A DNA stretch of 64,000 nucleotides from a virus, in the IMG/VR virus record IMGVR_UViG_3300018476_000014, positions 3,552 through 67,551 of that record, one strand, 5' to 3'. Below the pieces are notes generated by a model. That model did no database searches. It worked only from the letters and a program-made list of their open reading frames with translations, and was not told the DNA's origin. Each line of letters starts with the position of its first letter. The first letter of the stretch is position 1. Position numbers and translations under genes: made by a program. Positions 8,364-16,625 of this stretch are shown in pieces.

Positions 8364-9725
8364 TCACACCAGCTCCACCTCGATCAGCTCGCCCCACGGC
8401 ACCTCGGACCCTTGAGCAATCGAGCACCAGATCACCGGGTAGTCCGGCTCCTGATCGGGGAATGACCCGTAGGTATCGGTGAGGTAGACCATCATGTCAG
8501 GGATGATCTCGTTCTCCTCGACCCACTCGAACACCGGACAGAAGTCGGTGCCGCCACCACCCGGCGCGCCACCCAGTTCGTTGATCTCGGCGCGCAGTCC
8601 CTCTAGGTCATCGATCTCTTCGAGGTCATCGACGCGCTGAACGTCTGCATCGCACCACACGACGATCAGCCGTTGTGGATTGAGTTCGTCTACGATGCCC
8701 GCCATCTCGGAGAAGAAGCGTTGCTGCACGTCAGGGTTCACGCATGACCCGGACGTGTCGTAACCAATCACCACAGTGCCAGCGCCCATGTGCCCCTGCC
8801 GGGCGAACACGATGGGATCGTACGGGCTAGGTCTTGAGATGTGCCGCTTGTCAGGCTGCGACCAGTCAAGCATCGGGTCACCACCATGCCGGAGCATGGT
8901 TGACTTGAGCTTGTCCTGCCATGACACCTTCGGGTCGAGGATCTCGCCAAGCAGCGCCCGCAGAGCAGCGGGAAGGTTCCCCTTGCCGGATGCTGCCGCG
9001 GACTCCGCCGCTGCCACCACGGACTGGCTCTGTGCCCCTGAGTCGGCATCCTTCTGCGCCTTCTCGGCAGGATCAAGGTGATGGTCGAAGCCGCCATGGT
9101 CGGGAACACCGCCCCCTGGTTGGGGATTTCCCTGCCCCTGCTGCCCCGGCCTGCCGCGTCCACCACTTCCACCACGTTGTTGATAGATCTTGGCGTAGAT
9201 CTCGATGCAGCTCTCCATTCCCTCGCGGGAGTAGGCAGGCTCGTACAAGCCCGGACACCCAGCCGGCATGGCACCGATCTTCGACGCAATCAGCATCGCG
9301 TTGATGCGGTAGTCCTGCGCTTTGTTCATGGTCTCATGGTCGTAGGGCAGTGGCCCGCATGAGCAGAGCACAGTGCCCGTCTGGCGCCATTTCACGCTCA
9401 TCACCAGATCGCAGAAGATGTAGTGGCCCACCTCGTGGGCGAGCACGAACGCCATCTCGGGGATCTTCATCGAGTAGCGCTTGATCGCGTTGACGTTGAT
9501 GAAGATCGAGTGGGCATCGGTCGCGGCGACCGGGAAGCCCATCGAGTCGTCGCAGTACTTGACTTGCATCTCGCTATACAGGATGTGCGCAAAGAAGGGT
9601 GCGCGGAACACCAGATACGCCATCGCGTCGCGGACGAACTTCTCATCGGCGGCGTTGGGCTTGATGGTGGGAATCGGAACGCGCTGTGGCTTGCTCGTCA
9701 TGATGTTGAATGGAGCGTCCATCAT
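8364..9725 (-). CDS. DUF2201-type zincin metallopeptidase plus vWA domain protein
   Basis: AATDAHSIF, VLAHEVGH (HExxH), AQDYRIN, Gly/Gln linker, MIDAS DTSGS, GGGGTDF, YLTDTYG. Confidence 0.9.
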   Translation of the reverse strand: MMDAPFNIMTSKPQRVPIPTIKPNAADEKFVRDAMAYLVFRAPFFAHILYSEMQVKYCDDSMGFPVAATDAHSIFINVNAIKRYSMKIPEMAFVLAHEVGHYIFCDLVMSVKWRQTGTVLCSCGPLPYDHETMNKAQDYRINAMLIASKIGAMPAGCPGLYEPAYSREGMESCIEIYAKIYQQRGGSGGRGRPGQQGQGNPQPGGGVPDHGGFDHHLDPAEKAQKDADSGAQSQSVVAAAESAAASGKGNLPAALRALLGEILDPKVSWQDKLKSTMLRHGGDPMLDWSQPDKRHISRPSPYDPIVFARQGHMGAGTVVIGYDTSGSCVNPDVQQRFFSEMAGIVDELNPQRLIVVWCDADVQRVDDLEEIDDLEGLRAEINELGGAPGGGGTDFCPVFEWVEENEIIPDMMVYLTDTYGSFPDQEPDYPVIWCSIAQGSEVPWGELIEVELV

Positions 9726-9749
9726 AGTCACCTCGTGGTTGAATGGGGT

Positions 9750-9929
9750 TTAACCGGGCAGCTCCATGCTGCCCGGCTTGCTGATAGGCTGATTGGCGAG
9801 GACGATCAGCAGCCTGTCGAAACGAGCGATCCACTTGGCTAGCTCGGTCTGTAGGCTGGCGATCTCCTTTTGCTGCGCATCGACAGTGCTGCGCAGCCGT
9901 AGCATCTCGTCGTGCTCGCTTCGTTTCAC
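9750..9929 (-). CDS. small coiled-coil protein between the AAA and vWA genes
   Basis: GTG start overlapping the ATPase stop; VKRSEHDEMLRLRSTVDAQQKEIASLQTELAKW; stop inside motif A. Confidence 0.5.
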   Translation of the reverse strand: MKRSEHDEMLRLRSTVDAQQKEIASLQTELAKWIARFDRLLIVLANQPISKPGSMELPG

Positions 9930-11038
9930 GAGTTCACCGCAGCGATCACCTGCTGGTTGGCGACGGCCCAGTCGCCGAACTCGCGGGTAGATATGAGCTT
10001 CGGCGTCTTCTGTGCTGCGGCACGGTAGAAGGCGACACCGAAGTCGGACGGCAACCGGTTGATGTAGCGGATCACTGCCTTGCAGTTCTCGACGGTGGCG
10101 CGGTGCGCCAGATCGAACACAAGGAACATCTGCTGATCTGCCTCGGTCGGCACCCGACACTTGTCGGGGTCGGCGAGGATCTGCGCCAAGCTCGGGAGCT
10201 GGTCCTTCAGCTTGGCGAACGCGATGTACTTGTGCGCGCTGCCCTCGCCGATGGTGCCACCAAGGTTCGCCCTCAGAAGATCATCATCGAGATGTATACC
10301 CATCACCTCGGCTGCCTTGATCAGGTTGTCTGCCGATGCCAATGACCTAGGCGTGAGCCACGGCCCCTGCTTCTCGGGGATCTTGTTGGAGAACACATCA
10401 CCCTGGTTCCGCTCGGCAAAGGCGATGCTCATGGGCGTGATGTCGTTGTCGTTCGCCCACACCACCCAGCCATTGAAGTCGGCCACGACTTCCATCTGGT
10501 TGAGACGGTTGATGACGAAGTCGAAGTCTTTCGAGACGCCAGACCGGTCGGTCGGGCGGTTCGACAGGAGCAGCACATCGGTGTGCTCGGGGAACTTGTG
10601 CTCGCCATTCCTGCGCTGGCGGATGATGCCGGCAAGTGCCCGCTTCACATCGCTCTGCGCCTGCCCATACTCTTCGACCACGAACATGCCACGCTTGAAC
10701 GTGGATGCCGGTCGGCCGGTGAACTTGCAGCGCATGAAGAACGGGTAGGTGTAGTGCCCGGACTTGATGACGTGCTCGTTGCCCTCGAAGTCGGTGACGA
10801 TCTCGTCACCCGGCAGGAGGAACCCGATCACGTCGGACAGGTTGGCAGTCGCCGCGTTCAGCTCGAAGTAGCCATAGCCGTGGTCGTCGGCATACTTCTT
10901 GTGCATCATCGCGGCATACCACTCGGCAAGCTCGGACTTACCGATACCCGGCGCACCCATGAGCTTGAGCGGCACCTGTGCGGTGAAGCTGAGCAGCATC
11001 GAACGCTTTGCGTCCTGAATTGAAATCGCTTGTGTCAT
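9926..11038 (-). CDS. MoxR-like AAA+ ATPase
   Basis: Walker A GAPGIGKS, Walker B variant MFVVEE, sensor LSNRPTDR, arginine finger INRL, TPRS; adjacent to the vWA gene. Confidence 0.85.
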   Translation of the reverse strand: MTQAISIQDAKRSMLLSFTAQVPLKLMGAPGIGKSELAEWYAAMMHKKYADDHGYGYFELNAATANLSDVIGFLLPGDEIVTDFEGNEHVIKSGHYTYPFFMRCKFTGRPASTFKRGMFVVEEYGQAQSDVKRALAGIIRQRRNGEHKFPEHTDVLLLSNRPTDRSGVSKDFDFVINRLNQMEVVADFNGWVVWANDNDITPMSIAFAERNQGDVFSNKIPEKQGPWLTPRSLASADNLIKAAEVMGIHLDDDLLRANLGGTIGEGSAHKYIAFAKLKDQLPSLAQILADPDKCRVPTEADQQMFLVFDLAHRATVENCKAVIRYINRLPSDFGVAFYRAAAQKTPKLISTREFGDWAVANQQVIAAVNS

Positions 11039-11061
11039 GTTAGTCACCTCATCGTGTGTTG

Positions 11062-11084
11062 GTGGGCTGCACCATGCAGCCCAC
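11062..11084. terminator. hairpin GTGGGCTGC-N5-GCAGCCCAC
   Basis: Perfect 9-bp stem between two minus-strand genes, next to motif A (11085-11101); no U-tract. Confidence 0.4.
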
Positions 11085-11101
11085 GTTGAACCCAGTTTAA
11101 C

Positions 11102-12025
11102 TTACTGCGTGCGCTCGATGCCGAGTGCGGCGAGGATCTCCTCGGCCCGCTTGGCAGTGTCGTCGCGCAGGTCCTTCGAGTTGCGAAGGTCGTCCGCCTC
11201 GATACCCTCGAAGGCACCAAGCGCGTCCTCGATACGCTTCAGGCCGGGATCGTTGGTCAGGTTGAACGAGCCGAACACCTGAGCGATCTCGGTGATGTTG
11301 GTAATGATGGTGTCCCTGAAGAACCCATCCTTGCCGACAGAGATACCCTTCGCCTTCTCATCCTCGCGCTTGTTGTAGGCACCCATGCGCTCGATCAGGG
11401 TTTCGAGTGGCCTCGCCAGCCGTGCCAGTGCATCGCTCTGCGCCTGCTGATAGGCGCTCTCGATGTTGGCCTCGAAGCGATCCTTCAGGAGCTGCTCCAT
11501 CGATGCGTCAAGGCCCGATGCCTTGAACTGCGACGAATCAGGAACCTGCTCCATGGTGAACTCGAGACTGAACCCATTCTTCAGTTCGTCCTCGGTCGGC
11601 GGCTCGATGGCATAGGTGCCCAGGTTCTGCTCGGCCTGCCGGATCAGGATCGGTGCGTCCGCCGCGATGCGCACGCACAGCCGGTCGAACTCAGCCTTGA
11701 CCACGCCCCACTCGGCATAGAACTGGTTGATGTTGACGTTGGGCAGGAGCCGACGATCTCCCCACTGCGTGGTGAAGCGCATCAGCACGTCACGTCCCTG
11801 TGCCTGAACCGAACGGATCTCCTTCACCCGTGCCTCGGCACCGGCAAGGCGGTTCACGTTGTTGACGCCGGCTCCGATCATAGCGAGGTGCGCCTTGTCC
11901 GCCTCGATCGAAGCGCGTTTGTCCTTGCGCATCAGGCCGATAGACGTGGCCTTGACCGTGGCGATGGTGGCGAGTTGCGAGAGCAGCTCGCTCATGCGTG
12001 GCTGGCTGGTTGTTGTCATGTCCAT
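11102..12025 (-). CDS. alpha-helical protein, DUF3150-like, upstream of the AAA/vWA pair
   Basis: 308 codons: TTQWGDRRLLP...FRDTIITNITE...FNLTNDPGL...DDLRNSKDLRDD; family assignment from memory only. Confidence 0.6.
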   Translation of the reverse strand: MDMTTTSQPRMSELLSQLATIATVKATSIGLMRKDKRASIEADKAHLAMIGAGVNNVNRLAGAEARVKEIRSVQAQGRDVLMRFTTQWGDRRLLPNVNINQFYAEWGVVKAEFDRLCVRIAADAPILIRQAEQNLGTYAIEPPTEDELKNGFSLEFTMEQVPDSSQFKASGLDASMEQLLKDRFEANIESAYQQAQSDALARLARPLETLIERMGAYNKREDEKAKGISVGKDGFFRDTIITNITEIAQVFGSFNLTNDPGLKRIEDALGAFEGIEADDLRNSKDLRDDTAKRAEEILAALGIERTQ

Positions 12026-12051
12026 GTCATCTCTCTTTCGTGGCTGGTTGC

Positions 12052-12098
12052 AGGATACACATTGTGTTACGGCCTGCAAGGGTTAAACCTAGTCTAAT
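12052..12098 (-). promoter_or_regulatory. composite promoter: motif A (12082-12098), -35 TTGCAG, motif B (12054-12070), -10 TATCCT
   Basis: -35 at 12079-12074, 16-nt spacer, -10 at 12057-12052, read directly from the sequence. Confidence 0.6.
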
Positions 12099-12236
12099 GC
12101 ACTGCTTTTCGTGTTGGTCCCTCCATAAATATTGAGCAAAAACAATGGCAGTTAAACAGGTTTAACTAACCAGTTTGTGGTACGGTGGCTGAGCGGGACA
12201 GGTAGTGTCTCCCGCCAACCCGAAAGGAAATCCCAA

Positions 12237-12788
12237 ATGGCTAACCAGCCGAGACAGTCGCAGGCACCTGCCCCTCGCGACACCAGCGGTAATGGCAATG
12301 GCAACGACGCACCCAAGACGTGGACGCCGCCGCCCAATGACCAAGAGTTCACGTTCACCAGCGTAGCCGAAGCACCCAACTGGATCGACAAGTCATGGGC
12401 CTCGTTTGATCGTGGTCCAGCACTCGCGCTCCCTGCCGGTGATCTCTATGGCGAAGGGCCATACGTGACCACGACTGCACGCGCCGGCGATAAAGTTGTC
12501 TACACCGCAGCCAAAGGCGCAATGCCCGCCAAGTTCACGGTCGTTCCCGGCGATCCGGCAGGTGAAGGCGAAGGCACGCCGAAGCCGCCTCAGCAGTCGC
12601 CTGCCTCGCTCGAGGATCTCTTGAAGCAGGGCTACATGACGCCAGACGATCTCGGCGCGGACGCCAAGGGTCAGGTTGCAGTCAGGTCGCCGCGGTTCAA
12701 GGGCTTGATCGAAGGCGAGACCAAGAACGGCGCAGAGGTGCCGCTGCCTGAGCCTCAGTCGATTGGGGACCAGCTCATCATCGAGTGA
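12237..12788 (+). CDS. hypothetical protein, paralogue of 16626..17249; lone plus-strand gene in the early arm
   Basis: AAAGGA RBS; EAPNWIDKSWA...GPALALP...ARAGDKV matches DAPEWIDRNWA...GPALRVP...CRKGDYV. Confidence 0.75.
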   Translation: MANQPRQSQAPAPRDTSGNGNGNDAPKTWTPPPNDQEFTFTSVAEAPNWIDKSWASFDRGPALALPAGDLYGEGPYVTTTARAGDKVVYTAAKGAMPAKFTVVPGDPAGEGEGTPKPPQQSPASLEDLLKQGYMTPDDLGADAKGQVAVRSPRFKGLIEGETKNGAEVPLPEPQSIGDQLIIE

Positions 12789-12832
12789 AGGATGTGAAGG
12801 ATAACTTGTCCCCTACTTGTTCCCATTGTTTG

Positions 12833-12862
12833 TCCCTCCCAGCTCATGCGAGCTGGGAGGGA
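12833..12862. terminator. 13-bp perfect hairpin between convergent genes
   Basis: TCCCTCCCAGCTC-ATGC-GAGCTGGGAGGGA. Confidence 0.65.
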
Positions 12863-12935
12863 AATCCCTCGCCTGGTCGGATGTTTCGCGTCCAGAGGTG
12901 GGTTTAATTAATTTCCAACGGGAAGGTTTGTCCTT

Positions 12936-13187
12936 TCACGTTAGACCCGGTTCAACCGGGAAGTCGCTGTCCTTGAGCACGCCATCCGGCATGGAGATGG
13001 CAAGGTCGACAGCGACCAGCATACGGGTCAGTACGCCGCGCAGCCCCTCCAGTGTGTCACTCTGGGTGAACGGCTCAGTGTAGCCGACGGGTTTACCGTC
13101 GTCCTCGCAGAACACCTCGAACACGCCATAAAGCGGCTCCTCTTCGTTGGGGAGCATGTTGACCACGCGATGCGTCCAGTAGCTCAT
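12936..13187 (-). CDS. conserved small phage protein
   Basis: YWTHRVV...YGVFEVFCEDDGKPVGYTE pattern; GGAGG RBS. Confidence 0.7.
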   Translation of the reverse strand: MSYWTHRVVNMLPNEEEPLYGVFEVFCEDDGKPVGYTEPFTQSDTLEGLRGVLTRMLVAVDLAISMPDGVLKDSDFPVEPGLT

Positions 13188-13582
13188 GGCTTGCCTCCCT
13201 TGTGGATCAGTTTCGAGAGAGCGAGCTTGACCTCGGGAGGGAACGCAGATGGTCCCTCTTCCTGTTCGAACGATCTCGGCACGATCCAGCCTTTCCAGTC
13301 GGACGCATCGATGTCCGGCATGGGGATCTCATACGTCTGGTATGCCGGTGCCGGGATGCCAGCATCTCTGAGCATCCCCTCGACGCGAGCATCGATGAAC
13401 TGGTTGAACGTGGGCATGTTGATAGGCTCTTCGTTGTCGCGCATCCACTCACGCAGATCGCGGATCTCATCGCTGACAAGGGTGACAGCGTTCAAGTCCC
13501 ACATGAGCCAGAACTCACAGGTCGGGCACTCAGGTTCAAAGTCGGAGCAGGGCTCGCCGAACAGCTCGGTGATCTCATCCAT
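13184..13582 (-). CDS. hypothetical protein
   Basis: 132-aa ORF with FGEPCSDFEPECPTC. Confidence 0.6.
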   Translation of the reverse strand: MDEITELFGEPCSDFEPECPTCEFWLMWDLNAVTLVSDEIRDLREWMRDNEEPINMPTFNQFIDARVEGMLRDAGIPAPAYQTYEIPMPDIDASDWKGWIVPRSFEQEEGPSAFPPEVKLALSKLIHKGGKP

Positions 13583-13721
13583 TGTCGTTCACCATCAGAG
13601 CGCTGAACGAGAACACCAGCCCAAGGCCGGCAATGAAGTATGTCTGCCAGTTAGACGCGCCAAGTATGATGACTGGCACGGTCGTCACGACGCCTGTGAA
13701 GGCGAGAAAGATCCTTGTCAT
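13575..13721 (-). CDS. small two-TM membrane protein
   Basis: MTRIFLAFTGVVTTVPVIILG...YFIAGLGLVFSFSALMV. Confidence 0.45.
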   Translation of the reverse strand: MTRIFLAFTGVVTTVPVIILGASNWQTYFIAGLGLVFSFSALMVNDNG

Positions 13722-13722
13722 A

Positions 13723-13896
13723 TCACCATCCCCAGTTCGACTGCTCATGGCAGTAGCTGCGCAGCAGGCTCGAGCCTCCGCCAAAGTTCTTGACGTTGTT
13801 CTTCACCAAGCATTCGTTGTAGCTCATGCTCGGCATGGCCGAATAGCCGACGGCAAGGAGTGCGGCAGCGAGGGCCGCGATCAGTCGCTTGTTCAT
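13723..13896 (-). CDS. small protein with signal-peptide-like N-terminus
   Basis: MNKRLIAALAAALLAVGYSA, two Cys; GAAGGTGA RBS. Confidence 0.5.
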   Translation of the reverse strand: MNKRLIAALAAALLAVGYSAMPSMSYNECLVKNNVKNFGGGSSLLRSYCHEQSNWGW

Positions 13897-13995
13897 TTCA
13901 TCACCTTCGTGGTTGTTGGTCTCATCAGTGCAGGCCTGACCTGCATAGCGGGGACGCATGATGCGTCCCCGCTTTCGACCTGTTGAGACACTAGT

Positions 13996-14241
13996 CTAAC
14001 TATGGGTGTAGCCGTCAGCCTCGATGGCAAGCCACATGCCAGCCCAGTGAATGACGACAGCGCCATCCATGCCGATGGTGCCCGCGATGCCACGGCGGAA
14101 CTGCTTGTAGGTGAGCGGCACGACGGTCAGCCTGCCGCTGTCCACCATCTGCTGCTCGAGCGCGGTGATGGGCGGGTAGACAGGTCCGCGGTCGAAGACG
14201 CGCTTCAGGGCCAGGCGCTGCTCATGTGTGGTTCTGATCAT
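13996..14241 (-). CDS. conserved small phage protein
   Basis: LTYKQFRR...WAGMWLAIEADGYTHS; shares a 24-nt leader with the neighbouring gene. Confidence 0.7.
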   Translation of the reverse strand: MIRTTHEQRLALKRVFDRGPVYPPITALEQQMVDSGRLTVVPLTYKQFRRGIAGTIGMDGAVVIHWAGMWLAIEADGYTHS

Positions 14242-14283
14242 GTCAGTCACTCTCTTTCGTGGTTGAGGTTGGTTGAACAGGGT

Positions 14284-14616
14284 TTAACCGAGGACCGTCG
14301 CATAGACGGTTTCGTGGATATCGTGGGCTTCAGACTGAGGCCGGCTCATCCCTTCATCAAGAGGTATCGTGTCGGCAAGCATGACACGAACGCGCCATCC
14401 ATTGTCGATTTCCAGCCTGAGCTGGAGACCTCCATAGCGCGTTTCGGTTGCAATGATCGTGCCAGCGCGGCCGCCAATCTGGGGTGTGTTGCGCTTCACA
14501 TAGCAGCGATCACCAATCTGGGGAGCACTGGTCAAGTGCGATGTCGTCAGGCTCGCGACGGTTTTGCCATCGATGCGTGGCTTGTTAGCGCGGCGATTAC
14601 GTTGTGCACGTGTCAT
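14284..14616 (-). CDS. hypothetical protein, possible SH3/KOW-like barrel
   Basis: PQIGDRCYV...GRAGTII; stop inside motif A. Confidence 0.6.
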   Translation of the reverse strand: MTRAQRNRRANKPRIDGKTVASLTTSHLTSAPQIGDRCYVKRNTPQIGGRAGTIIATETRYGGLQLRLEIDNGWRVRVMLADTIPLDEGMSRPQSEAHDIHETVYATVLG

Positions 14617-14975
14617 GTCAGTCACTCTCTTTCGTGTTGAACTAGGTCTAACAGTAGCCTAGCTGGCCAGTGGATTGATTTCTAAAGAGCCAAACAGGAA
14701 ATAATGGTAGTTAAACAGGTTTAACGTCCGGTAATGTCAGTTCTGTTTAATGTCCGAAACAGGCGTAAGCACTTGATGCGCAATGATAATCCGGCAAACT
14801 GTCCAACTGTCCGGAATTTTCCCCGCACAGAGGACTAGCTTTTTGGGGGTCGCGCTACGTGTCCGCACGCGTCCGCACGTACGCGATCATGTACGTGTCT
14901 ATAATAATATATGTATGACACTACAGACATATATATACCATGCCGTGTGCAACCTGAGCCTCTCACGTGGGTATC

Positions 14976-15000
14976 CATCCCCCTACGTAGTAGGGGGATG
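14976..15000. other. perfect 11-bp hairpin with C-GTA-G triloop in a long non-coding region
   Basis: CATCCCCCTAC-GTA-GTAGGGGGATG. Confidence 0.6.
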
Positions 15001-15239
15001 GAGTTATACCCTGTTCAACCATGGTATTTCGCGAAATGTCATGGCCGCACATGTGCAGGTAGGTATTGTTGCCGGCACTAAGCATTTTAGCGTCCGATAC
15101 ACCTCCTTGCTGCTACCGCTGGTACGCTGCTGATAGGCGCACTCGCGCCTAAGTAGCCGTCGGGTTGTTGTTGATAGGCTCTGCCCCTTGTGGTTGCAGA
15201 GCCTAGGGTGGCGCATTCGCGCGCCACCTATGGTTGTGG

Positions 15240-16025
15240 TTAGCCTTCGGCCTTGATCAACGTGGCCGCCCACGTGAACTCGGTTCCCTCGCATACCTTG
15301 TCCATCGTGCATGGCAGGTTCGCTGCCTTGCGGTTCATCAGCGTAGCCAGCAACCCGTAGATCTGGACCAACTCCAACTCATGCGGGCGGGCTTCAACCG
15401 CCTTGGTGAGCGCATCGAAGGCGGCCTTAAGATCGTCGCGATCCTTCGGTTCCTTGCGCAACGCCTTGTCCAGCATTTCATCCGTGATCACGGGAAACGC
15501 CGCCACGTTGATCGCTTTCGCGCACGCATCGGCGACCATGCGGTTCACCTTGACGTAGGCGTTGTACGTGGATTTCTGCGCCCATTGATCCGCCGGGATG
15601 GAATGCTCGCGCATGAACCGAACGCGCTCGTATAGCTCCGCGCCAAGCTCGCATGGTCCTTTGCGGGCGAAAGACTTGAACGTGGAAATTGAGCTTTTCA
15701 ACTCCTCATCGCTCGCGCCAAGTGGCTTGCCACCCAACTCAGGGTTCCGCGACACCCAGTCGTTGTGCTTGTTCACATGGTGCTTGTACACCAAGCCACC
15801 ATCATCGATTTTCGCGCCACCATCGCGGACAAGCTCTTGGAACCCAAAGGCGAGCTTGGTCACGGCGGACTGCCCGGCAGCTACTGCCTCGCCGGTTTCC
15901 ATAGCCAGCGCCCAAAGCGCGGCAACGGCAGGCGATTGGTTATGGCCGCCTACGGCAACCGGGTTCAAGAGTGCATCGGCCTTGCTCTCAGCGGCATCGG
16001 CCAGCGCTGCGTTGGTATTCGTCAT
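15240..16025 (-). CDS. hypothetical protein, first gene of the early arm
   Basis: 261-aa ORF with GAAAGAGAG leader and motif A immediately upstream. Confidence 0.8.
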   Translation of the reverse strand: MTNTNAALADAAESKADALLNPVAVGGHNQSPAVAALWALAMETGEAVAAGQSAVTKLAFGFQELVRDGGAKIDDGGLVYKHHVNKHNDWVSRNPELGGKPLGASDEELKSSISTFKSFARKGPCELGAELYERVRFMREHSIPADQWAQKSTYNAYVKVNRMVADACAKAINVAAFPVITDEMLDKALRKEPKDRDDLKAAFDALTKAVEARPHELELVQIYGLLATLMNRKAANLPCTMDKVCEGTEFTWAATLIKAEG

Positions 16026-16046
16026 CGTCGTTACTCTCTTTCGTGT

Positions 16047-16063
16047 GTTGAACCCGGTTTAAC
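16047..16063. promoter_or_regulatory. motif A palindrome (representative copy of about 15)
   Basis: GTTGAAC-CCG-GTTTAAC. Other copies start at 5330, 6996, 9738, 11085, 12082, 12940, 14272, 14636, 15003, 24324, 44210, 46214, 55381 and 61526. Confidence 0.8.
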
Positions 16064-16219
16064 CGGGCGATTGACCGTAGTTATCCACGGTTAACTAGGG
16101 GAACCGCGAATAATGGCAAGTAAACCGGGTACACCCACCCACCCGGTACCCGCCCAACGCCCCCACCCCCTCCCCCCTTCTTTTAGGTCTTCGCCTCCTA
16201 GCTAGGTTGAAATACTGAC

Positions 16220-16308
16220 GTAACACTTGACGTTACTTTCTCTGTCACCTCAAGTGACAGAGAACGCTCCAAGCACCTTGCCGACCATAATGTAACACAT
16301 TATATTCC
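16220..16308 (+). promoter_or_regulatory. promoter of the RHH gene with two motif B copies and an inverted repeat
   Basis: -35 TTGCCG at 16278-16283, 17-nt spacer, -10 TATATT at 16301-16306. Motif B at 16220-16236 and 16292-16308. 11-bp inverted repeat at 16238-16264. Confidence 0.65.
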
Positions 16309-16331
16309 CGCTCAAAGAAGGAGTGTCCCGA

Positions 16332-16616
16332 ATGCCCATTGACAGATCAACCACTTACAAGAGCGAGCTGAGGCCGCTCCCGATGCGAATCTCCCAGCTC
16401 CAGTATGAGCGGCTCCAGGCGGCAAGGCAGCGTGACGGCCTGTCTATCCAGGAACACGCGCGGCGCGGTCTGGATCTCTACCTGGCGAAACTGGAGCGCG
16501 AGTTTGCCAAGCAGGACGAAGTCCCGGCCAACGCCCCGCCCACCCCCACTCTTGCCAATGCGACCATTGGCGGACTACGGTCGCGGCGTTCCATGTCCAG
16601 CCTGCGAATGAAGTGA
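16332..16616 (+). CDS. ribbon-helix-helix (CopG/Arc-like) transcription regulator
   Basis: LRPLPMRISQLQYERLQAARQRDGLSIQEHARRGLDLYL fits the RHH strand-helix-G.S-helix pattern; AAGGAG RBS. Confidence 0.7.
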   Translation: MPIDRSTTYKSELRPLPMRISQLQYERLQAARQRDGLSIQEHARRGLDLYLAKLEREFAKQDEVPANAPPTPTLANATIGGLRSRRSMSSLRMK

Positions 16617-16625
16617 GGGGTATTC

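Noticed and set aside
14783-15312. ORFs 14783..15133 (+) and 15004..15312 (-)
   Set aside because: Atypical composition, no RBS, and they cross hairpin and repeat elements; the region is more plausibly non-coding.
6996-16063. Motif A halves match integron core sites GTTRRRY / RYYYAAC, suggesting an attC cassette array
   Set aside because: The halves are in the opposite order to attC and only 3 bp apart. There are no long attC hairpins, no tyrosine recombinase is in the window, and copies also occur inside core genes.
5330-16063. Repeats as a CRISPR or mini-array, given a Cas4-like nuclease at 61549..62223
   Set aside because: Spacing is irregular (hundreds to thousands of bp) with whole genes between copies. 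The nuclease is the usual stand-alone phage replication exonuclease.
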